A DNA stretch of 62,568 nt, filler included, from Stramenopiles sp. TOSAG23-6 (Eukaryota): the NCBI GenBank assembly GCA_900128565.1. It is 4 parts of 4 records of this genome, joined end to end, with 100 filler letters (N's around TTAATTAATTAA, not from the genome) between each part and the next. Parts side by side here need not be neighbours in the genome. Positions count along the whole stretch, not along the records: positions 31,476 to 46,984 come from LT636113.1; positions 47,085 to 62,568 come from LT636114.1; 2 more parts are not named here. One strand, written 5' to 3'. Shown piece after piece: positions 42,091-53,800 of the stretch (position 1 is its first letter; every line of letters begins with the position of its first letter). The notes beneath the pieces are model-generated. The model did no database searches, had not been told where the DNA came from, and saw nothing but the letters and a program-made list of their open reading frames with translations. The translations under genes were made by a program, and so were the position numbers.

Positions 42091-44142
42091 ATGTCTGTTC
42101 GAACTGCTCAGAAGAATGCGCTTTTACAAATGCTGAACTTTAATGAACCTACTGAAAGTGGTATACAGGGAAAAGATTCCTTTGTTTCCAGTGGAAGCCA
42201 ACAATTCAAGGTATTAGTTTACGATAACTACTGCCGGGACATTATTTCGCCACTACTGAACGTCCAAGAACTTCGCGATGCTGGTGTTACACTGCATATG
42301 GAAATCAAGAAGCCGCGTGAACAGATATCAGACGTTCCAGCTATATATTTTATCGAACCAACTAATGAAAATGTAGAGCGTGTTGCGAGAGACTGTGGTT
42401 CTGGACTGTACCATACATTCTACTTAAACTTTGTTTCTCCTCTCTCACGACCCCAAATTGAGCGTCTTGCTCAACTAACACTTCAAACGAAATCAGCGTA
42501 AAATATTTGATCAGCATTTGTCCTTCATTTCTTTGGAACCAAACTTAGTGACACTTAATATGACTCAGTCATTTCTTAGTTATAATTCTCCTTCTTTAGA
42601 AGAACGACAAGTTATGCAAATCATGGGGAAAATTGCTAGTGGTATTTTCGCTAGCATTGTTACAATGGGCAATGTCCCTGTAATACGTTGTCCTCGAGGT
42701 GGACCTGCTGAATGTGTTGCAAAAAAACTAGAAACAATGCTTCGAGCTGACCTGTCCAGTGAAAATAGTTTATTTTCTACTGATATATATAATAATAGTT
42801 CTGGTCATGATCAACCTATTTTTGGCTCTCAACGCCCCGTCCTTCTTATTTTAGATCGTGGCGACGATATGTCAGCTCCATTACGTCATTGTTCTACGTA
42901 TCAAGCTTTGCTAGATGATTTACTCAAACAACGTCTGAACAGAGTTACTGTGCCACCCAAAGAAGGATCCGGAAAACCTAAAATGTATCATCTTGACGTT
43001 GAGGCAGATTTGTTCTGGGGTGCACATGCGGGATCTGCATTTCCTGAAGCAATTGAAGCGAATGATGAGCAGTTGAAAACTTTATCGGCGAAAGAGGCAG
43101 AAGTGCGTAAGTCTACTGTTGCTGGCGAAGATGGTGGTGGTATCAGTGGGGATGCAGGAGGCTTGGCATCTGCTGTAGAGAGTCTTCCGGAACTTATGGC
43201 TCAGAAACAGACATTGGAACAGCATACTCACATACTAGGATCACTTTTACAGTGTATTATGAAACGAGAGATCCCGACGTTTTGTAAAGAAGAAGAAGCG
43301 GCAATTAAGACGTCTCGAATAGACAGTAAAAAGTTAACGCAGTTTATGAATGGCCCATCCGCAATAGGAAGTATTAGAGATCGGCTCAGACTATTGGCAG
43401 TATGCAGCCTTACGACCGATGTAGATGATGATGTTTTAGCTANNNNNNNNNNNNNNNNGAAAAAGCATTGCTAATGTCAGTTGCGGCAGATGATGATGCT
43501 GTCGCAGCCCCTGGTGAAAAAGTCGGTAACGCGGATGAATTAGGTACAATTCGTCGAGTATGTTTCTACTTGCGACAAAAAAGGCAACATGAAATGATGG
43601 CGTCAGGTGGAAGTAACACAGGTAGTGCTGATAGAGAAAAGGGGGGTAATAGTATAGGTGGCTGGTTTATGTCGCAGGCTAATAATATGACTGGTGGACA
43701 TGCATCAAATTACCTTGCCAAGGCAGCTGCAGCTGCTAAAACATATTTACCGGGTCAAAAAACACTTCGTTGTGTTCGGTTATTAGACGCATGTTGTCAA
43801 GCCCCTGTACGAAAAATGAATGGAGGTACTGTCGATCCTGAAATACAAGATTTTCTAGAGCTTGATCCTAGATTGAGTGTTAGTGGGACACAACATACAA
43901 GTGGTGGTCCTGCTTATGGAACAGCAATTCTGTTTGTTCTTGGTGGGGGTACTTTCTTAGAGTATCAGTCGGTCATGGCATATGCGGGAAATCCTCAGGC
44001 GATTATAGGTAGTTCGATGGGTATGGGTGGTGTTATTGTTGGAGCCAAAAAACGCCCAATGTCTAGGAAGATTGTATATGGTGCCACAGAAATGGTTAAT
44101 GCAGATAATTTTCTAGGACAATTAGCTAAACTAGGAAGTTGA
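42091..44142 (+). CDS. SLY1: Sec1/Munc18 family protein Sly1/SCFD1; frameshift near 42498 and an N-run at 43443
   Basis: FKVLVYDNYCRDIISPLLNVQELRDAGVTLH, DVPAIYFIEPT, RPVLLILDR, TYQALLDDLL, VLGGGTFLEYQ, IVYGATE. Confidence 0.9.
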
Positions 44143-44271
44143 TGGAACATACAAAAAATGATTTTACAGTTGTTTTTTTCTATTTCGAAATTTCCAAAAA
44201 AATAATTTCAGAAAACAAACAATAAAGCCCAAATAATATAATTTTCAAATCTTTTTTACTATTCACAATGC

Positions 44272-46182
44272 CTACAATGTAAGTGCTATAGGTAGACGAG
44301 GGTGCTGTAGAGCTCGTACAGATTCTCCCTTAATTACTGCTTTATTCGATAACATTTTAGCTCTTGGGAGTGATGTTAGCCCATATAAAGGATGCGCATC
44401 ACGGACAACAGACTTTGTTTGTACACTTGTACTTAACTGTAGAGCAAGCAATCTTAATTCATTTCCGGGATTCTTTGAAATACGATCAATGATGGATTTA
44501 TTTCTTAATCTCGTTTTAGACAGAATATATTCAGCTCCTGTTTCGTTATTTATAGCAAAGATAATCGAGGCTACAGATTTTCTATTATTAGTAGGACAAG
44601 TTGGGTTTTCCATTAAAGCAGCAACAAGATATACACTGTACACATGTGAAACCTCATTGTTCTTTGTATATTTTGGAGTATCATTTATTAATGACTGCAG
44701 CATCACAGTTGAGTAATTCACTAAATTAGATGCAAACTTATCTTTGGTAATATCTCCAGTTTGTTTAGAAATTGATAACGAAAACTGTATTGTAAGAAAT
44801 GGTTCAAGGGCAAAGTATGCCTGACTAATAGCACGTATTTGTATACCTTGTTTTTGTAATCTTTTGGGTGTATCATTTCCATCATTATTTATGTTATCAT
44901 CATTTCTATACCGAATAGAATACACATGTATTGTAAAAAAAATTAAATTCGAAATTTGTTAGGTACAAAATTTACTATAAAAAAAAAAAAAAAATTGAAA
45001 TATATGGTAAAAACGTAAAAAACGTACGAAGTCTTTACATTTCCACCATGATATATGATTCCCTTGCTGAGCTTTCAACTGTATACAATGCCTACGTAAT
45101 TTGCGCTGCTTGCGAAGTTTTAAATTGTCGTATTTTTGCTGTTCTTCACTTGCAGTTGCCCAATTTAGAAATATATCAGTATCTGATGATTTTTGTTGGT
45201 CTATTTTTGTTTTTTTTTGTTTTCTTTTTTTTCGTGATATTGCTAACGACATTTCATATAAATGCCGACGACGACTATTATTATCGGATTTCTTGCTTAT
45301 ATGTTCCCCATTAAACGGTTTATTTTCAGAGAGTTGATTATCGGACAGTTCACTGTCATTATTGCTATTGCTATGGTCTAACAGTTTTGTATTTTTGAAT
45401 GAACTGTCCATTAAATCATTTATTCGTAATCGTAAAAGAAAAATAGAGTGCGAAAAGTTCATTTGGATTATATAAATATTCTTAGTTGTTGCTGCATCTT
45501 TCAGTGGAATAATTCTGCATGTTTTAACAAAGCTTTCGAAACAAGAAACTGAAAAATCAAAGTGAATAGTTTGGCTCTTTGTAGGAGACGTATTTGTGTA
45601 TTGTATTGCGGAAGGACACAGACATATCGTTGCAAAACATTGTTTGTCAGTATTACTTGTAAGGGGTATTCCCACTATAAGCAATACGCGCTTGTCCGAT
45701 GACTTCCAAATAAACAGCTGTAAATGACTGTTAACACCTTGACCCAAAATATGTGAGCCGTTGAATAAGCGAATTTCTCGATATTGCTGTAGTTCTCCCT
45801 CGTTACTTAGAGAAAAAGACCACCATTGTAAAAAATAATGACCAGTAGTATTACATCTTCGATAACTAATTAAATAATCTTCATTACTGAAACCGAGAAA
45901 TACACAGCGCGTAGAGGTTGGTGCCTGTAATTGCAATTTGCGCATCGAGTAGCATAGTCGACGTGGAATTCTCCTATTGAACAAATCATGTTTCCCAATA
46001 ATAGAACGTATACCTAATTCACGTAATAGTAACTTCTGTGATAAAGTTGTAGGTCTCACTACAATAGGTTTACGATGGCAATTATTTGTATCCTTCTTCT
46101 TTAAAGTATCATTTCCGCTACATGTTCGCCGTAAAGTAATCTTGACTCTAGAATATTGTGAGTTTGCATTCGATCCATGCAT
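44272..46182 (-). CDS. DCAF15-like CRL4 substrate receptor; exons 46182-45028, 44925-44272
   Basis: RRIPRRLCYSM, VFLGFS..YLISY, YFLQWWSF..REIRLF and C-terminal SNKAVIKGESV resemble DCAF15, recognised from memory. Confidence 0.65.
44926..45027 (-). other. GT-AT intron (family)
   Basis: GTACGTTTT...TGTACCTAAC...TACAATACAT; 102 nt; removal deletes an in-frame stop. Confidence 0.83.
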
Positions 46183-46440
46183 TTATTATACAAGGTAAAA
46201 ATCTCTGAGAATTGTATTTTTTTGCTCATTTCTCTCTTTCAGCTTTTCAACTTCATTCATCACTTGAGAGTCATTCGAACATTCGAACACGAACACGAAA
46301 AAATGACGGCCACACCACACGTGTCATTTTGTCGGTCATCATCAATTATTGAGAGGAGATTTTCTTGCTGCTGGCAGATTTCTAAAGTTGCAAACTTGTG
46401 GAAACAGCTCATTGATCAAGTAATTGTCAATAAGTGACTC

Positions 46441-46919
46441 ATGCCATTACATAAACGACGCACGGAAGGCTGGGGAGAAAGTTCGATTCTTTCTGCCCCT
46501 CCTATACGGGAATATCCACACAAGGTTTCTTCCAACAACGAGGTTCCAAGTGATCAATTGTGGTCACAACCACAACTCTTCCTATTGTTAATAATTTTTC
46601 GACTCGTAAATGCATTTTTAGTTCAAACATACTTTAACCCTGATGAATATTGGCAGGGTCCCGAGGTGGCACATTGGATGGTCTTTGGTTACGGTCATCG
46701 CACTTGGGAATGGCAACCTGAAGCACGCTTACGCGGACACTCTCATCCGATGCTTTATGCAACCTTATTTAAATTTTTGCAAATTACCGGTACTGATAGT
46801 CCTTGGTTGGTAGCCATGTGCCCACGCCTGCTTCAGGGCTTCATAGCAGCATCTACGGATATGGCGGTGTATTTATTTTCACGTCAATGGTTTGGTGAAA
46901 AAGTCGGCCGTTGGAGTCT
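46441..46919 (+). CDS. PIGB: GPI mannosyltransferase 3, first exon (3'-partial)
   Basis: FRLVNAFLVQTYFNPDEYWQGPEVAH..VFGYGHRTWEW...LRG; PRLLQG. Confidence 0.9.
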
Positions 46920-46984
46920 GTATGTTTTATTTTTTTCAATTTCTAATTTATTTTTCGTACGAAATTTTGTACCTAACGATTTTT
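46920..46984 (+). other. 5' part of a family intron, truncated by contig end
   Basis: GTATGTTTT...CGTACGAAATTTTGTACCTAAC. Confidence 0.8.
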
Positions 46985-47084
46985 NNNNNNNNNNNNNNNN
47001 NNNNNNNNNNNNNNNNNNNNNNNNNNNNTTAATTAATTAANNNNNNNNNNNNNNNNNNNNNNNNNNNNNNNNNNNNNNNNNNNN
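46985..47084. other. Artificial contig linker
   Basis: N-TTAATTAATTAA-N. Confidence 0.95.
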
Positions 47085-47564
47085 CATAAGTCACATCATT
47101 GGTTTCATCATAAAAAGAAAGAAGAAACGCCAGAAAAGTCACCTAAGTCGCATCATTGGTTTCATCATGAAAAGAAAGAAGAAACGACAGAAAAGTCACA
47201 TCATTGGTTTCATCATAAAAAGAAAGAAGAAACACCAGAAAAGTCACATAAGTCGCATCATTGGTTTCATCATGAAAAGAAAGAAGAAATGCCAGAAATT
47301 TCACATACAGACATTTCCACGGAAAAAAAAAGTAATACAAATAAAGAGAGTCCAATATTCAATGCAAATTGCAGTGTAAATGATCTAGTCAAATATAATG
47401 AGCAACAAATGGCATTATATACAAAAAGACAAAATGAAGCTATGGAAAGTATTTCGAAGAAACATTCATTGGAATTAATGGAAATATCTGAAAGTTTGAA
47501 GAATCTGTTGAACAAATCAAGGAATACGTACAATACTATGTCGATCGCTGGAAGAAAGCTTTAA
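47085..47564 (+). CDS. 3' end of a gene with KSHHWFHH repeats (5'-partial)
   Basis: Open frame HKSHHWFHHKKKEETPEKS.. four times, continuing into ORF 47289-47564. Confidence 0.6.
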   Translation, partial: HKSHHWFHHKKKEETPEKSPKSHHWFHHEKKEETTEKSHHWFHHKKKEETPEKSHKSHHWFHHEKKEEMPEISHTDISTEKKSNTNKESPIFNANCSVNDLVKYNEQQMALYTKRQNEAMESISKKHSLELMEISESLKNLLNKSRNTYNTMSIAGRKL

Positions 47565-47718
47565 GGATAAATTATATACCACTCAATAAATAAAACAGCA
47601 ATAATATAACTATTTTTTATTGATATTCAAATGTGAAGACTCTTTTGAAATGATTTGTTATTAAATCCTGTTCAAGGAACAAAAGATCATTCTGAAGGAG
47701 ACATTAATAAGCAATACT

Positions 47719-48453
47719 CTAATGTGAGAGATTGTCTTCGGCAGGCCAGGTCAGTTCACTTTCTAAAACATTACTAATCGGATTGCACAGCAACGAGACA
47801 AATTCATCGATCAAGAAGAACCCCTCACTTTTACATACCGCTTTGATACGATCAGCAGATGGAAGATTAGAACTATGTTTTTTGCTTAAATTCTTAAAAG
47901 TAGTTTCACCTTCTTCCAACATAGTTTGACCAATTTGCATTAACTTCACATAGATATTCGATCCAGCGGTAGCTAAATCACCTTCTTCTTGTTCCAGGTC
48001 GATGTTACCTTCTTTTTGAAGATTTACAGTAACAAACTCAAATGGTGGAAAGTATTGAACACCAACGTCTTCTGAAGAAGCTAGTATTCGGGAACTGCTT
48101 AAAACTGCTTCTGTACCACGAGAAAGATTTGAAAGACCACGGAGAAAAGTAGGAATAGCATCTGGCATGCATTCTATTAAAAATAATCCAGATCCAGACT
48201 GAATTAATCCAAGACCAGTGACTTTACACTCTGGGAAAGAAATACTGATTTCATTCACAAGTTTTTGAAGACGTTCGCCTTTTCCGAACTTGTCAGATAA
48301 CTGTGAAACAATGACGATTCGACTAAAACTTCCACGTTTTTTCTCCTCAAATCTGTTTGAAATACTGTCTAATAAGGATATTGGGAGTTTAACTTCGGGT
48401 ACTTCGTCTGCTGTAGTTGCGTCTGTAGAAGGCACATCATCTGGTGTTGACAT
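47719..48453 (-). CDS. TEX47/C7orf62-like (BLUF-like fold) ciliary protein
   Basis: VTGL.L, LIEC, RILASSEDV..QYF and C-terminal P..NVLESELTWP pattern, recognised from memory. Confidence 0.6.
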   Translation of the reverse strand: MSTPDDVPSTDATTADEVPEVKLPISLLDSISNRFEEKKRGSFSRIVIVSQLSDKFGKGERLQKLVNEISISFPECKVTGLGLIQSGSGLFLIECMPDAIPTFLRGLSNLSRGTEAVLSSSRILASSEDVGVQYFPPFEFVTVNLQKEGNIDLEQEEGDLATAGSNIYVKLMQIGQTMLEEGETTFKNLSKKHSSNLPSADRIKAVCKSEGFFLIDEFVSLLCNPISNVLESELTWPAEDNLSH

Positions 48454-48803
48454 TATTACTTTTCCTTGTTTGCTGATGATCTGAAGAAACTTCACGATAT
48501 CTTATTGTAGTATACTTGTTTAGGTATAGTATAGATAAGAACTTTGAAGAGAAAGTGAAACCGCGATGAAACGTGCATTTAATGGGTGGTACCGGGTAAC
48601 TATATTTTATTATATATTATCCTTTTTAAAAAACAATGTATGAATTTCAAAGTAAATGAAATTGTGTCTTTCGTTGATCAATTTTTTACTAATGGACATC
48701 ATTATAATATAATTTATAATATGACTTCCTTTTCTGATCTACCATTATTTTCTTATCTACGTCTTGTTTTAGGTATACTTATTAAACCTCTCTTCTACCT
48801 GGT

Positions 48804-50648
48804 CTACTTAATGAGTCGTTTGAAGGTAACTTGTCTACTTAATGAACCTCTTGTCCCTGGTCTACTTAATGAACCTCTTGTCCCTGGTCTACTTAATGAG
48901 TCGTTTGAAGGATTTTTACTCGCATATATTTCAAATTCCTGCTTGACAGATTCTTCAATATTATTCTTTGACATCACTATCCCAAAAGACGATTTTGATG
49001 ACATGTCTACCGCTTCAAGTTGTTTAGGCTCTTGGAATGTTTTAAGCAGGGAAAAAATTCTGTCTTGTCGTTTTTGAAGCCCTCGACTCAAACGACCAGA
49101 TTTATATTTTGGACCAAAGCGCTGCATAAATGGTTTACTTACATATGAAAATTCACCGTTCAAGCCCATCTCTCGAGACCGTTCATTTTTGAAATAGTGT
49201 TGTGCATGTACTTGTGCAGCTAAAGAATATTGAAATATTTGTCGGACTCTTTGCTCAATGTCTGTACAAGCTTTAACAAGTGCAAAGGGAGTATATCCAG
49301 CCGTACTGCCCGTAGTACCAGTGCTCATATCATCATTAAAATCCCTGTTAGAATTTAAACTATTTCTCTTTATTCTTTCTTCACGATAACGTTTCACTTC
49401 ATTCTTGTTGAGTTGTACGTAGTTTCTGGATGTTAATGGGTCGTCACTAATGGAACTAAGTCCAAGATTTTCTTGTAAAGTTTCAGACATTATATTTGAG
49501 TGAAAAATAAAATTGTATAACTTTTTCAGTGGTTTTGATAAAACACGAAATAGGGAACGCGTTTCATAAATGCGACGATCAATGTTCTTCACCAACGTTT
49601 CTACTCTTGTTGCTCTACCTTCAAGATTTGCAAGGAAAATATGATGCTTAGTTTGCTTTTTACTTTGCTCCGCAACGATTTCATTTTGTTCTTCTACAAC
49701 ATCTTTGATGTTACGTTTAATAGAACGCAATTCGGTGATTAAGATAGACGCCTCACTAATTTTCATCATTTTAATTTTTTCTAATTGTTCAAATACCAAA
49801 ACTAATTGATCAACATCAGACAAACCCGTCCGTTTTTGTATGTTTGACCACATATCTTGATAAAAACGAATATCACTTGTTTTTAGTTTTCCTTGTTTTA
49901 TACTACCCATTTTTATTCCCATCAACCTTTTTTTCAAGGACGACTTTTTCTTAGCTAAACCAGCCGAAAATTCAGCTTGTGCAATTTGCTCTTCGGCATC
50001 TCTTTGCTTTGCTTGTTCTAATTCTTTTTCTTGTTCAACTAAGACATTTAATGCGCTAGAAAAGGCATCTTTTCGAGTATTAAACTCTTTTAGTACAGCT
50101 TTGATTAAAACTTGAGCCTTATCACGCTGATTGTAAATTCCTTCAAGTATTTCCAATCGTCGATCAACTTCTTGTTGTGTATTTATTTTCTGCTGCGTTA
50201 ATCGATCGAAGGCTTTCATGAACATTTGACGTTCTACTCTGAGGTCATCAATTTCTTGCTTCTTGGTAATACAACGACCTTGTGCCTTGTTAAGCTTGCT
50301 GTTGCTGATAGACACCGTTGCTTCTAATGTGCTTAATCGACGATTTAGAGCGATCCTCTCTTGTTCCGATTTCCATGTTCCAGAATCTGCTCCACCTTGA
50401 GCTGTATGATGTTGTAATACGCTTTCGCAGCGGATGATTTCCTTTTTCATGCTATCCAAAGATTTTTCTCTATCAGCAATTGCACTCTCCATTTCGAAGA
50501 TCTTTTTCTCAAATACTTCAATTTTAGCATGTCTCCTCTCCCGGATTCGCTTGGCTTGATTTCTTTCCTTTAATTGACGGGCAGCTCTTTTCTCTCGAGC
50601 ATGACTTGCTTCTGCCGAGTCAAGGTATTTTTTTCCTGATTTAATCAT
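48804..50648 (-). CDS. Outer dynein arm docking complex coiled-coil protein (ODAD1/CCDC114/DC2-like)
   Basis: KQEIDDLRVERQMF..AFDRL and IQKRTGLSDVDQLVLVF motifs; long coiled coil. Confidence 0.65.
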   Translation of the reverse strand: MIKSGKKYLDSAEASHAREKRAARQLKERNQAKRIRERRHAKIEVFEKKIFEMESAIADREKSLDSMKKEIIRCESVLQHHTAQGGADSGTWKSEQERIALNRRLSTLEATVSISNSKLNKAQGRCITKKQEIDDLRVERQMFMKAFDRLTQQKINTQQEVDRRLEILEGIYNQRDKAQVLIKAVLKEFNTRKDAFSSALNVLVEQEKELEQAKQRDAEEQIAQAEFSAGLAKKKSSLKKRLMGIKMGSIKQGKLKTSDIRFYQDMWSNIQKRTGLSDVDQLVLVFEQLEKIKMMKISEASILITELRSIKRNIKDVVEEQNEIVAEQSKKQTKHHIFLANLEGRATRVETLVKNIDRRIYETRSLFRVLSKPLKKLYNFIFHSNIMSETLQENLGLSSISDDPLTSRNYVQLNKNEVKRYREERIKRNSLNSNRDFNDDMSTGTTGSTAGYTPFALVKACTDIEQRVRQIFQYSLAAQVHAQHYFKNERSREMGLNGEFSYVSKPFMQRFGPKYKSGRLSRGLQKRQDRIFSLLKTFQEPKQLEAVDMSSKSSFGIVMSKNNIEESVKQEFEIYASKNPSNDSLSRPGTRGSLSRPGTRGSLSRQVTFKRLIK

Positions 50649-50883
50649 TATCACTCCTTCTCTTAATGAAGGTACATAAGCCTAAAGTAAAAAATTAATA
50701 CCCCCGCTTCTGAAAACTCCGAAAATAATGAAACGGTTTTTTTCCAAGATTTCATTTTTATTCAGATTACGACCCTTGTTACGACTTCTACTCAAAAGGG
50801 ATATTTAATTTAAAAAGTTCATTTACAACATCGATGAAATCATCAACTTTCTCGGAATACGTGAGTGTATTGTAGATATTCCA

Positions 50884-53800
50884 ATGGGAGATGATGAAGA
50901 AGCATTGGGAGCATCTTCAGACTATACTGAAGATGAATATGATGTTGATCCGCTACATGTTACGCGTTTGACAGAATTTTATACAAAGTATGACCCTACA
51001 CAAATCAAAAATGTCGGTATCATTTTACAAAAGGTTCACGGTAAGGAAGAACAATTATTTGTAGCACTTAATAAAAAATATAATGTAAAAGAAGTGGTGA
51101 GTCAAGATGATGGTTTTGTCAAAGAAAACGACTCAAGTGAATATACTGCAAGTGAAGATGAAGAAGAAATAGATCCTCCAGCATCGACAATAATAGCAGC
51201 TGAGCCGGAAACGACGAATAATTCAAGTGAATATACTGCAAGTGAAGATGAAGAAGAAATAATAGATCCTCCAGCATCGAAAATAATAGCAGCTGAGCCT
51301 GTTGTAGATGGTAAACGTCCAGTTACAGGTAAAGGACATATATTACCTAAGGCAGCAGCAAATAGTATAGCAAATCATGAAGGTATTGATAATGAAACGT
51401 TTGAGTCATATTGGGAAAGTATTGCTGGTGTAGGTGCAACTACAATATCTGAAGGTTTGTTATATAAATCGATTAATAGTATTCGATCTGCAACAAAAAA
51501 AACGATGATACCNAAAGGAACTGCGCGTCATTATGCAATTGACCATGGTATGTCTGTTGATACATTTGATCTCCATTGGGAAGATATCGCAGGTAGTAAT
51601 GCTACAGAAATAGAAAAAAAAGAATTATACAATGCTGTCCAAAGGTTATCGTCTAGTGCGAGTAATACTAATGTAAATATTGACCAAGCAGCTAGCGAAC
51701 GTGTAGTCACAGGTAAAGGACATATATTACCCAAGGCAGCAGCAAATAGTATAGCAAATCATGAAGGTATTGATAACGAAACGTTTGAGTCATATTGGGA
51801 AAGTATTGCTGGTATAGGTGCAACTACGATATCTGAAGGTTTGTTATATAAATCCATTAATAGTATTCGATCTGCAACAAAAAAAACGATGATACCCAAA
51901 GGAACTGCGCGTCATTATGCAATTGACCATGGTATGTCTGTTGATACATTTGATCTCCATTGGGAAGATATCGCAGGTAGTAACGCTACAGAAATAGAAA
52001 AGAAAGAATTATACAATGCTGTGCAACGTCTTTACACAAAAACGGGAGATGAACAAAGCAAAATGTCGCTTTTAGAATCAAATATTACTTTGGAGCATAA
52101 GGTGGAAAACGTCGTACAACCTAATAAAGATAGATCAAATGTTGTGACGGATAATACTAAACCTACACCTTCTCAAGCCAATCATTACTCGAAGAAAGGA
52201 AAACATAAATTAGTTAAAACAAAGCACAAGGAACTTATCGCAAAGATTATTGATTCTGGAGCACATCCTGCGCTGCGACAATTGCTAGAAAGAAAATGCA
52301 TCATCAGTGGTAAGAAAAAGCTATTAATTGTTCACCATGAAGTTTTTGGACAAATCGTATATATATCTATGTTGAATATACCAAAGAAGGTAGGAGACGT
52401 AGGCACGACTTGTTCAATTACTGGTACGAGCTTTAAACGTTTACTGGGGTATTCTCCAGAGTTGCTGTGCTATTCGAAGTCACCTGCGGCAAGAGACAGC
52501 TACACCAAGATATTATTATCTGTGCTTAATTTATCCATAGATCAGGAAGTATTGTCCCTAAACTCATCGCGCCACAACCAAGATACAAATTTAGAAGAAC
52601 TCGATGGCATTGCAAAAAAGAAGGGAGGGAAATCAAAATTGAGGTCAGCAGTTAAGAAGATCAATCATTGCCAATTCATTGATATAAAAATGCCATGGGC
52701 TTTTGATACACAAACAGAAGAAGAGCAATATTCGATTACATTAATACAGAAACACGCGAGAGGAAAAGCATTACGGTTGTCAATGCAGAGATCCCAATTG
52801 AAAGATAATACGCAAACATCAAATGAAAGCAATCAACATACAACTAGAATAAAACACAAGCAGAATATTGTAATAAAGAATAATACAGAAATATCAAATA
52901 AGCAAAATTCTCATAAGTCACATCACTGGTTTCATCATAAAAAACAAGAACAAACACCGAAAAAGTCACATAAGTCATACCACCACTGGTTTCATCATAA
53001 ACAAAACGGTGACTCACCAGAAAAGTCACATCACTGGTTTCACCATAAACACTCTGGCGAGTCATCAGAAAAGTCACATCACTGGTTTCACCATAAACAT
53101 CACGATGAGTCACCAGAAAATTCTCAACAAACAAATGGAATAATCTGTAAAGATAATATTAGTATTGCTAATAATACAGAAATATTAGATAAAGAGCCGA
53201 AATCGCAAAATGTTTCATTAAATTACACACCTAATTATATACCTGAATTATCGTTTGACTGTTTACACTCTAAAATAAAAGATGTTAGAAAAACCATTAC
53301 GGAAGGAGCAGATGTTAATGAATGTGATAGTTATATGTGTACGCCTTTGATGTATGCTTGTTGGGGAGGGTCCGTTGATATTGTTAAAATTTTACTTGAT
53401 TCAGGTGCAAATCTTCGAGCTGTAAACCAACGAGGGAATTTTGCAGTACATATTGCATTCGAACGAAATCATGTAAAATTGATAGAATATTTTCAAGATC
53501 TGCCAGCTGCAAAAGTATGCCTGCAATTTCGAAATAGATACAATAAAGAACCACGCGCTTTGACAAAACTAAAAAAATTCAAACCTAAAACCCAACCACC
53601 ATTAGTGAAACCAAAAGAAGATATACCTAAACCAGGGAAACTTGCAAGTATGGTGAAAATGAATAATTGGAAAGAAGTTAAAAAAATGGTAGGACTTATA
53701 AGAGAGTATTATTTATATAGTGAACAAGAAAGGAAAAGAAAATCTCGGTATAAAGGTGAAACATTTTTGAAATGCAATACAACCCCAAAAATATCCGAAG

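Noticed and set aside
42490-42520. Frameshift in SLY1
   Set aside because: No intron signal, and a few residues appear to be missing before KIFDQHLSF. Most likely an assembly error in a conserved gene.
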